Origin: Candidatus Faecimonas intestinavium
GTDB lineage: Bacteria; Bacillota_I; Bacilli_A; RF39; UBA660
Assembly: GCA_018716045.1 (NCBI GenBank)
Contig: DVKL01000005.1
Coordinates: 1-55,365, forward strand
Direction: 5' to 3'
Length of the DNA stretch: 55,365 nucleotides
The position numbers and the translations under genes are program-made. This document shows positions 47,635 through 55,365 of the stretch, in pieces (within the stretch, counting starts at the first letter, position 1; every line of letters starts with the position of its first letter). The notes under the pieces were generated by a model. The model had not been told where the DNA came from, did no database searches, and saw nothing but the letters and a program-made list of their open reading frames with translations.

Positions 47635-48651
47635 CTATTTTATATATTTCATAAGTTCCTCAGTAATAACTTCATACCCTTCATCACTAATATGTAAACC
47701 ATCCTTAGAATAATCCTCAAACAATCTATCTTTATCACTTTCAGGATCAAGTAATAAATCATACATATCAATAAAAGTAATATCATTTTTCTTACAATAA
47801 TCTTCTAAACTTGCGTTGATAGATTGAATCTCTTTATTAGTTCTATCCTGTGCTCCACTACTTCCCTCATCAACAGGATAAATAGCCTCTAAATAAAGTT
47901 TAGCATAAGGACGATTTTCATGAATATCTTCCAATATTTTCTTAATATTATTTACAATTACATCTTCTTCTACTTTAGACTGAATATCATTCGTTCCGAT
48001 AAGTAAAAAAACTTTAGATGGATTATATTGATAAACTCGATTATTCAAATCATTTAATAAATCTTTCGTTTTATTTCCACTAATTCCACTATTAACAACA
48101 GGTAAATCATTATAATATTCATCTAAATCATATTGCTCCGTAATAGAATCTCCTAAAAACAAATAATTATCATCCATTACAACAACTTCTTCCTTTTTAG
48201 TAATGACTTTCGTTTTCTCAGGTTTCATTAAAAGGAAAACACAAGTACCTAATAAAGCTAAAATACAAAGAATTGCCACAAAACGTTCAACACGAATCTT
48301 AGAATGATGTTTCTTTTCTCTTTTTTGTTGTTGGACTTTTCCCTTTTCATAAGACTGAGTTAGTTCATCAACAATCTGATCCTTTTTCTTTCTTTTATTT
48401 TCAACAAAACTAGTATCAATCTCGTCAGAAAATTTCATTTCGTCAAAATCAAACACTTGTTGCTTCGTAATATTAAAATCCATATTATCTTCTGAATTTT
48501 TTTGATAATTTTCATTTCTATGCTTATTATTATTTTTATAATTACTATAATTCTTTTTACTAGAGCCCTTATAATTCTTATTATATCTAGAACTACGTCT
48601 CTTATAATTATTGTTGTTATTATTAGAATTATGACGATTATCGTTATCCAT
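47635..48651 (-). CDS. Membrane-anchored SGNH/GDSL hydrolase with an Asn/Lys-rich N-terminal tail
   Basis: FLGDSIT, NSGISG, IGTND, DGLH; TM before the catalytic domain. Confidence 0.88.
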   Translation of the reverse strand: MDNDNRHNSNNNNNNYKRRSSRYNKNYKGSSKKNYSNYKNNNKHRNENYQKNSEDNMDFNITKQQVFDFDEMKFSDEIDTSFVENKRKKKDQIVDELTQSYEKGKVQQQKREKKHHSKIRVERFVAILCILALLGTCVFLLMKPEKTKVITKKEEVVVMDDNYLFLGDSITEQYDLDEYYNDLPVVNSGISGNKTKDLLNDLNNRVYQYNPSKVFLLIGTNDIQSKVEEDVIVNNIKKILEDIHENRPYAKLYLEAIYPVDEGSSGAQDRTNKEIQSINASLEDYCKKNDITFIDMYDLLLDPESDKDRLFEDYSKDGLHISDEGYEVITEELMKYIK

Positions 48652-48741
48652 AAGATTCCTCCCAATGATAAAGAAAAAGGTAATACTTACCTTTTAAACT
48701 ACAAAACGATTATACATCATAAGAAATAAAATAGTCAATTT

Positions 48742-49926
48742 TTATTCAAAAGAAAACGTAAAATTTCCAGAAACTAAATCACTAATACTTTTACCTAAAA
48801 GTTGTAAAAAAGAAAGTTGGGATATAGATTCTGAAGATGTAAGTGGTACTGTAGCCACCTGCTTATCCTTATCTTTAACAATAACACTTCCAAGAACATC
48901 ACCTTTTTTTACTGGTAAATTAAATTTTTTTATCTTAACAGAATAAGTATAATTCTTTTTAGAATTAGACTTTTCAGTTAACACACCAATATCAGAAACA
49001 GGCACAAAAGAGATACTACTCTTCGTTGCTTTATCCAAAGGAAGAGTTTTAAGAACTTCATCCTTTGACTTAATCAAATCCATTTGATAATGATTAAAAC
49101 CATAATCTAACAAACTCATTACTTCTTGATTTCGAACATTACTATTTTCTTCTCCTAAAACAATTGCAATAAAGCGAAGATTATTCTTTTTAGCAGTAGC
49201 AGCCAAACAATATTTAGCAGCATCTGTATGCCCCGTTTTTAATCCATCAGCGCCTTCGTAAAAACGTACTAATTTATTAGTGTTAACTAGCCAAAATTTA
49301 TTAGCTGTATCTTCTCTTAAATAGTCTTCATAAACAGAAGAAAATTCCAAAATTTCTGGATAATTAACTACTAATTCTCGAGCAATCATCGCCATATCAT
49401 ATGCACTAGAATAATGTCCCTCTTCATCAAGACCAGTACAGTTTTTAAAAACAGTATGTTTTAGTCCTAGTTCTTTTACTTTTTGATTCATCTCTTTAAC
49501 AAAAGCTTCCTCACTACCAGCTAACACCTCAGCCATTTGGACTGTTGCATCATTAGCACTAGCCATAGAAATCCCTTTAAACAAATCTCGAATACTGATT
49601 TTTTCTCCTACACTTAAATATATCTGAGATCCACCCATCTCACTAGCATTCTGACTAACAGTAACCACATCATCCCACGAAATCTTCTTCTCTCGTATAG
49701 CATCCAAAATTAATATCTGTGCGACCATCTTAGTCATAGACGCTACCGCAACTTCTTTATCAGGTTCTTTAGAAAAAACAATCTTACCACTACTCGCCTC
49801 CATTAAAACGCCACTGATAGCTCCAGGAATCAATTCAGTTTCCACACTCTCTTCTGCCGAAACCGGAATAATAAATAAACTACTAAGAACAAAAGAAAGT
49901 GAAAATATAAACACTAAATATTTCAT
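48742..49926 (-). CDS. dacF: S11 D-Ala-D-Ala carboxypeptidase, DacF-like
   Basis: SMTK, SAN, KTG; FWLVNTNKLVRFY segment typical of sporulation DacF. Confidence 0.8.
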   Translation of the reverse strand: MKYLVFIFSLSFVLSSLFIIPVSAEESVETELIPGAISGVLMEASSGKIVFSKEPDKEVAVASMTKMVAQILILDAIREKKISWDDVVTVSQNASEMGGSQIYLSVGEKISIRDLFKGISMASANDATVQMAEVLAGSEEAFVKEMNQKVKELGLKHTVFKNCTGLDEEGHYSSAYDMAMIARELVVNYPEILEFSSVYEDYLREDTANKFWLVNTNKLVRFYEGADGLKTGHTDAAKYCLAATAKKNNLRFIAIVLGEENSNVRNQEVMSLLDYGFNHYQMDLIKSKDEVLKTLPLDKATKSSISFVPVSDIGVLTEKSNSKKNYTYSVKIKKFNLPVKKGDVLGSVIVKDKDKQVATVPLTSSESISQLSFLQLLGKSISDLVSGNFTFSFE

Positions 49927-50012
49927 ATATACCTCCATTATTTTCTATGTAAAGTTAAAAAAAAATATACATAAATATAAAAAAGAATGGTATGATGAAA
50001 ATAGGTGATAAG

Positions 50013-50876
50013 ATGAAAAAAAGAAAAATCAAAAAAGGCCCTAAAATAGTTTTGATTTTACTGATTGTTTTCTTAGCTATAGGTGGTCTAATCATAAATC
50101 AAAAGAACCAAGAAACAGAAGAAAAACCAAAAAAGCAAACAAAAGAAGAACAAAAAATAGAAAAATTAAAATCTATTCCATATTATAAAAAAGAATATCA
50201 AAAGCGATATTTAGAATACCAAAAAGAAAATCCTAACTTATCAGTGGAAAACATAGTAACTTATGTAAACATAGGAATAGATAAACCATATTACACAAAT
50301 ACTAAAAAAGCAGAAAACCTTAATACAAATTTAATATTAGTAAATAAATACAACTATTTAACAGAAGATTACATACCAGAAAATTTAGAACCAATCGACA
50401 TAGCATATGCCAGAAGTGGTATGCAATTAGTTAGAGAAGCAAAAGAAGCATTCGAAACACTTTCAGAAGACGCTAAAAAAGAAGGAATGAATATTATTGC
50501 TATGTCTAGTTATAGAAGTTATGACTACCAAGTGAATCTATACGATAATTATGTAGCAACTGACGGAAAAGAAGCTGCAGATACATATTCTGCTAGAGCA
50601 GGATATTCAGAACATCAAACTGGATTAGCAGTAGATGTCTATAATAAGGTTTTGCCTTACACATCTTTTGAAGAAACTGAAGAATTTAATTGGATGCAAG
50701 AAAATGCCTATAAATATGGATTCATTTTAAGATTTCCAAAAGATAAAGTAAATATCACAGGTTATCAATATGAATCATGGCATTATCGTTATGTAGGTAA
50801 AGAAGCTGCAAAATATATTCACAATCATGATTTAACACTAGAAGAATACTACGTAAAAAAGGTTGAGAAAAATTAA
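50013..50876 (+). CDS. M15B (VanY/LdcB-family) carboxypeptidase
   Basis: LVNK, SSYRSY..Q, SARAGYSEHQTGLA.D, YESWHYRYVG; N-terminal TM. Confidence 0.9.
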   Translation: MKKRKIKKGPKIVLILLIVFLAIGGLIINQKNQETEEKPKKQTKEEQKIEKLKSIPYYKKEYQKRYLEYQKENPNLSVENIVTYVNIGIDKPYYTNTKKAENLNTNLILVNKYNYLTEDYIPENLEPIDIAYARSGMQLVREAKEAFETLSEDAKKEGMNIIAMSSYRSYDYQVNLYDNYVATDGKEAADTYSARAGYSEHQTGLAVDVYNKVLPYTSFEETEEFNWMQENAYKYGFILRFPKDKVNITGYQYESWHYRYVGKEAAKYIHNHDLTLEEYYVKKVEKN

Positions 50877-51463
50877 TTCTCAACCTTTTTTTCATCAAAT
50901 TTTTTCTTAAAAAACAAATACAAATAATAAAAACAACTGACAACAAACCAAAATAAGACAATCAAATTACTAACCTGAACTAGTGTCAAAATTTGATTAT
51001 TTTGATATAAAGCAACTGTATCAGCAAAATCTATCTTACTATAAACAGCCAGTACAATAAACATTGAAAAAAGCAAAAAAACAATAATACTACAACAATA
51101 ATTAAATACTTTTTTCATTGGTTTCATTTTCTTACTAAACATAGTAATGAAACACACTGAGACCATAAAAAGAAAAATAAAGAAATAAACAATAGTAGAA
51201 GGAAAATAATAATAATCCATAATTTTCATAATAAAAGAATCAAGACAGGTAATAGCATAAGAAGAAAAAACAAAACAAAATACAATTATACCAATAACCA
51301 AAAAAATAGATAAAATAATAGGAACAAGTTTATTTTTAATCTTAACATTAAATACTAACAATAAAAATAATAGAAGGAAGAATAAAACTATCTCAATAGA
51401 CATAAAAGATGAAAATAATAATTGAAATATTATTTTCATCTTATCAAAAAGTCCTAAATCCAT
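50873..51463 (-). CDS. Polytopic membrane protein, third gene of the adhesin-sortase operon
   Basis: About 5 TM helices; AGGAGG RBS immediately after the sortase stop. Confidence 0.7.
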   Translation of the reverse strand: MDLGLFDKMKIIFQLLFSSFMSIEIVLFFLLLFLLLVFNVKIKNKLVPIILSIFLVIGIIVFCFVFSSYAITCLDSFIMKIMDYYYFPSTIVYFFIFLFMVSVCFITMFSKKMKPMKKVFNYCCSIIVFLLFSMFIVLAVYSKIDFADTVALYQNNQILTLVQVSNLIVLFWFVVSCFYYLYLFFKKKFDEKKVEN

Positions 51464-51478
51464 AGCCCACACCTCCTA

Positions 51479-52153
51479 TTATACTAATTCTGCAATATAA
51501 ATAGTTTGTGTAGTATCATCATTTTTAGTGCATGTAATCAGTGTCAAAGTTGTCTTATTATAATTTCTATAAATAGCAACTTTTCCTGTTTTAGGAACCG
51601 TATATATATTCACAATATTATATCTATATCTTTGTCCTTGATATGTAATATAAGCAGAATCACCAACATTTAATCGATATAGATATGCAAAAAACGAAAT
51701 ATAAGCATCTCCAGAATGTGCCATTAACATCAAATTACCATTAGAAATATCAGGCATGGTAGATCCAGCAACAACAGACACGTTATATTCGATACTATTA
51801 TACTTAGAATCAGTATTATAAAAACCTCTTTTTAATCCTATTTTGGGGATTTCAAGTACCCCAACATATTTACTATAATCAATCTCTTTAACAGATTGCT
51901 GATAAACAGTACCATCAGATACATTATCAGCAACAGGGACATCTATTTCCTCTTCTTCATCACTTGGTAAGTTCAATCCAGCAATGGCAATTTTCATATT
52001 AGAAAACACTTGCTCTTTCAAAAAAGCCAAATGATTATAAGAAAGAACAAAAAGACCTATAAATACAAGGAAAGAGCCGATTAATAATAACTGACTCTTT
52101 CGCAACCACTTTCTTTTTTTATTGTTGTTTTTGTCTTGGTTTGGCATTTGCAT
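51479..52153 (-). CDS. Sortase (atypical: Gln at the usual catalytic Arg position)
   Basis: N-terminal TM, GVLEIPKIGL, NLMLMAHSG, TLTLITC, then TQTIYIA. Confidence 0.88.
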   Translation of the reverse strand: MQMPNQDKNNNKKRKWLRKSQLLLIGSFLVFIGLFVLSYNHLAFLKEQVFSNMKIAIAGLNLPSDEEEEIDVPVADNVSDGTVYQQSVKEIDYSKYVGVLEIPKIGLKRGFYNTDSKYNSIEYNVSVVAGSTMPDISNGNLMLMAHSGDAYISFFAYLYRLNVGDSAYITYQGQRYRYNIVNIYTVPKTGKVAIYRNYNKTTLTLITCTKNDDTTQTIYIAELV

Positions 52154-53330
52154 AAATAATACCTACTCCGCATAACAATACGACAAGACCAATAAAGTAA
52201 ACTGATTGTGCAATACTCATACTAGTATCAGGTACTTCAGGAGTATAGTTAATAGGAATATCAAGATCATCAAAAGCTTTAACGTCAGTAGTAAATACAG
52301 TACTTACAGTTTGAGCTCCATCGGCTTTATAATAATAACCATCATATCCTCTAAAAGTTCCTTCAGCATGAAGCAAAACACTTTTATTTTCTTCTGTTAC
52401 AGACTCAACAGGAATTCTTACATAAAACTTAGTAACATTATCATAATTTTCAATCTCTTGACCATTCTCATCAATTAGAATTGTTCCATCTGGAGCAGAT
52501 TGAATTTCAACTTTCAACGAATCAGAAACAAAGTTATTAGGATCACTATTAGTAATAGTAACTAAAGAAGTCTGATAATATTTTTCATCTTCTGTAATTG
52601 ACATCTCTTGATTAGCAAGACTAATATCAATTGTTCCATTTGCAGTAACATTAGATTGTCTAGCATTAGCTACAATTGGAGCAATATAAGTATCATAGAA
52701 AGTTGCTTGACTAGTAGCACCAGCACCACAACCATCTACACGACACCCAACAACTTCATCATCCCATGAAAGACTAACAGCTGTCTTAATATTTTCTATA
52801 TTAGCAACATTTCCAGAACCAGTAGCATTATTAGCTGCACCTGTTTCATATAAATATTGCCAAATAGTAGCTTGTGTAATCCAAGTTTGAACTTCATCTG
52901 GAAATTCTGTTCCCTTAGAATCTTTAAACTTTACATGTGGAAAAGTATGAGCCATTACATATAATAATCCTTGATCTGTAATTTGCTCTTTCTTACTCAT
53001 AGTAATTCCACCACGATAATTAATATCACGCTCTAAACAGAAAATTGGAATTCCATTACTTGTAGAATACATAAACACAGGGAATCCAGTATTACTATTA
53101 ATTTGAGTACCAGCGGGAGCAGTAGTAAAACTATCACCCAATCCTGTATCTTCGGGAATCTCAGTAACTGCCGCATAAGAAACATTAGTAACTCCTATTA
53201 ATAAAAATGAAAAGAAAGATACTAATACCATAAATACTGATAATTTTTTTGATAACTGCGATTTAAAAACTTGTTGAAATGTAGACTGATTTTTTTTGTT
53301 TTGGTTATTTTCCATATATATCTTCTCCAT
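52119..53330 (-). CDS. Cys-Gln thioester-domain (TED) surface protein with a sortase sorting signal
   Basis: Signal peptide, IFCLE, TQATIW (TQxA.W), GAQT, VPDTS + TM + basic tail. Confidence 0.82.
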   Translation of the reverse strand: MEKIYMENNQNKKNQSTFQQVFKSQLSKKLSVFMVLVSFFSFLLIGVTNVSYAAVTEIPEDTGLGDSFTTAPAGTQINSNTGFPVFMYSTSNGIPIFCLERDINYRGGITMSKKEQITDQGLLYVMAHTFPHVKFKDSKGTEFPDEVQTWITQATIWQYLYETGAANNATGSGNVANIENIKTAVSLSWDDEVVGCRVDGCGAGATSQATFYDTYIAPIVANARQSNVTANGTIDISLANQEMSITEDEKYYQTSLVTITNSDPNNFVSDSLKVEIQSAPDGTILIDENGQEIENYDNVTKFYVRIPVESVTEENKSVLLHAEGTFRGYDGYYYKADGAQTVSTVFTTDVKAFDDLDIPINYTPEVPDTSMSIAQSVYFIGLVVLLCGVGIIYANAKPRQKQQ

Positions 53331-53389
53331 AATACACCACCTTTATAAATATAATTATAACATAGTTTTTTATTTTTCAATATGTTTTT

Positions 53390-54616
53390 TCATCTTATTA
53401 CAAAAATATCTTCAAAATCTTGTAAACGAGGAGCTTTCCTATAGTAGACTTTCGCCAAAGGTTCTCCTTTTTTTACTTTATCACCACCTTGTTTCAATAA
53501 TTCTATACCAACATCATAATAAATAGAATCCTCTTTAGAAATACGTCCAGCTCCCAAAGAAACAGATAGCTCTCCCACTTTAATAGCAGAAATACTTTCG
53601 ATAATACCAGCTTTATTAGCTTTAATTTCTTTATACTTTTTACTAACAGATAATCCATTTAAATTCCCATGCTGGGCTTTTACCAAATCTAAAAACTTTT
53701 GATAAGCAGCACCGGAATGAATGGCCTGTAATACCATATCCTGAGCATCCTGTGGTAAAACCCCTTTAGCCATACATACAAGCTCAGCCGATAAATCGAT
53801 ACACAACTTAGTTAAATTATTGCCTACCTCTTCCCCTTTTAAAATACGAATAGCTTCCATAACTTCCAAACTATTACCGATACAAAAACCAAGCGGAGTA
53901 TTCATATCACTAATCATAGTATGTACTTCTTTTTGATAAACTTTACCTATTTTTTTAACTAAAGAAGAAAGTTCCTGAGCATCTTCCTTAGTTTGCAACA
54001 AAGCTCCATTACCAACCTTAATATCAATTAAAATTTTATCAGCACCACCAGCAATTTTCTTACTCATAATACTAGTGGCAATCAAAGGAACTGAAGAAAC
54101 AGTAGCAGTAACATCTCGTAAAGCATAAATTTTCTTATCCATAGGTGCTAAACTAGCAGTTTGACCTGTAATAACAATTCCAATATTCTGAATTTGTTGA
54201 ATTACCTCTTCGTCAGACAAATCCACATGATATCCAGGAATACTCTCTAATTTATCAATCGTACCTCCTGTATATCCAAGCCCACGACCACTCATTTTCA
54301 AAATTGGAATACCAAGACTAGCTACAATAGGAGCAATAACCAAAGTGGTTTTATCACCTATTCCTCCTGTAGAATGTTTATCAACAACAACACCAGGAAT
54401 AAAGCTTAAATCTAATGTATCCCCACTATCAATAAATATCTTTGTCAAAGAAAATATTTCCTCTTCACTCATCCCATTAATACAAATAGCCATAAGCAAA
54501 CTGGACATTTGATAATCCTTAACAGTACCATCTAAATAACCATTGAAAAAAACATCTAATTCATGATAACTCAATTCTTGACCTAATCTTTTTTTATTTA
54601 TAATATCAGTAATCAT
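53390..54616 (-). CDS. pdp: Pyrimidine-nucleoside/thymidine phosphorylase
   Basis: DKHSTGGIGDK, KMSGRGLG.TGGTIDKLESI, YALRDVTATV, SIMSKKIA. Confidence 0.95.
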   Translation of the reverse strand: MITDIINKKRLGQELSYHELDVFFNGYLDGTVKDYQMSSLLMAICINGMSEEEIFSLTKIFIDSGDTLDLSFIPGVVVDKHSTGGIGDKTTLVIAPIVASLGIPILKMSGRGLGYTGGTIDKLESIPGYHVDLSDEEVIQQIQNIGIVITGQTASLAPMDKKIYALRDVTATVSSVPLIATSIMSKKIAGGADKILIDIKVGNGALLQTKEDAQELSSLVKKIGKVYQKEVHTMISDMNTPLGFCIGNSLEVMEAIRILKGEEVGNNLTKLCIDLSAELVCMAKGVLPQDAQDMVLQAIHSGAAYQKFLDLVKAQHGNLNGLSVSKKYKEIKANKAGIIESISAIKVGELSVSLGAGRISKEDSIYYDVGIELLKQGGDKVKKGEPLAKVYYRKAPRLQDFEDIFVIR

Positions 54617-55020
54617 ACTATCTCCTTTCGAAACACATCTGTCTCACGAATCTGAAACCCCAAGTTATGATATAAATGATGCGCAGCAACTCTCTTTGGA
54701 TTAGAAGTTAATTCTAAATATGCAACTCCTGTTTCCTTACAAAGAGAGAATACTTTTTCAAACATTTTAGTAGCAATATGCTGATTACGAAAATTAGGAT
54801 GAGTACAAACATAATTAACATAAAAATAGTTAACTCCTCGAATTCCATCTATCAAACGGTTCAAAACAAGATACCCAACCACTTTGTCATCCACAACAGC
54901 AATAAGTTCTATATCTTGATCAGCTACCTTTCCAACCTTTTTTAACTGAAATGATAAATTTAAAAGTTCATTAAGCGAATCCAAATACTTATCATCATAA
55001 TTTATAATATCCATAAACAT
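54613..55020 (-). CDS. GNAT-family acetyltransferase
   Basis: VCTHPNFRNQHIAT, LTSNPKR.AA..LY..LGF. Confidence 0.88.
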   Translation of the reverse strand: MFMDIINYDDKYLDSLNELLNLSFQLKKVGKVADQDIELIAVVDDKVVGYLVLNRLIDGIRGVNYFYVNYVCTHPNFRNQHIATKMFEKVFSLCKETGVAYLELTSNPKRVAAHHLYHNLGFQIRETDVFRKEIV

Positions 55021-55078
55021 CCCACCCTAGTATTATTATCATATCAAAAAAAAAACACTAATTCTAGTGTTTTTAAAA

Positions 55079-55365
55079 TTATCTCTTTTTCTCTAAAACT
55101 TTAATACATCGATCTGGCATATTAGGTACAGGATAAGCATGCATACGATAAGTATCAGCAATACGAAACACATCATCACCCAAATACTCATTAGAACTAT
55201 TACCATACATAACCTTATAAACTTTATCCATAATATCCCAATCATCTAAGTGAATACAATTAAAAAAATCATCTAAAGTAACACGATTATTAGTGCCTGG
55301 ATAAAATTGACCTACTTTAGTTAAATCCATATGGAATGTTGTTAAAAAATATAGATGAATTAAAC
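55079..55365 (-). CDS. Hypothetical protein, 3' part (5'-truncated by the window edge)
   Basis: Reading frame stays open upstream of the track's Met (LIHLYFLTTFH-MDLTK) to the window end; no RBS before 55330. Confidence 0.65.
   Translation of the reverse strand, partial: LIHLYFLTTFHMDLTKVGQFYPGTNNRVTLDDFFNCIHLDDWDIMDKVYKVMYGNSSNEYLGDDVFRIADTYRMHAYPVPNMPDRCIKVLEKKR

Noticed and set aside
48520-48650. AAT/AAC triplet runs as a contingency locus
   Set aside because: Imperfect in-frame Asn codons; length changes would not shift the frame
50013-50876. Vancomycin resistance (vanY)
   Set aside because: No van ligase, vanH/X or vanRS nearby; M15B enzymes are common housekeeping carboxypeptidases
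1339-53526. Short antisense or alternate-frame ORFs in the track (for example 1339..1737, 5236..5526, 18214..18507, 30434..30754, 41590..41907, 52206..52478)
   Set aside because: They overlap well-supported genes, lack RBS or motifs, and have shadow-ORF composition

Overview
A very AT-rich chromosomal segment from a low-GC Gram-positive (Bacilli-like) bacterium. It uses the standard code 11 (TAA, TAG and TGA all end genes), and almost all genes lie on the minus strand. Gene style suggests an uncultured gut lineage such as RF39, but this is inference. Housekeeping blocks (priA-fmt-rlmN-prpC-prkC-rsgA-rpe; rpsP-khpA-uppS-cdsA-rseP; miaB-ricA-cotE; serS; ldh; pdp; tex) are interspersed with orphan genes. 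The highlight is a double class III ribonucleotide reductase locus (4545-11828). One NrdD (773 aa) lacks its glycyl-radical domain, which is encoded in a separate 53-aa ORF (5101-5262, RRVTGYL) missed by the ORF track, with its own RBS and in frame behind a single TAG. A second, complete NrdD/NrdG/dUTPase operon sits under a divergent Crp/Fnr regulator with a perfect palindromic operator. Other points of interest: a thioester-domain adhesin (VPDTS motif) paired with a sortase lacking the catalytic Arg; two ADP-ribosyltransferase-fold orphans between priA and fmt; a T-box with anti-SD pairing ahead of a dipeptidase-serS operon; a solo tnpB 5' end with an SOS-box-like site; and sporulation genes with sigE-like promoters. 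No rRNA, tRNA or CRISPR array was seen. All calls come from motif reading only; no searches were run.
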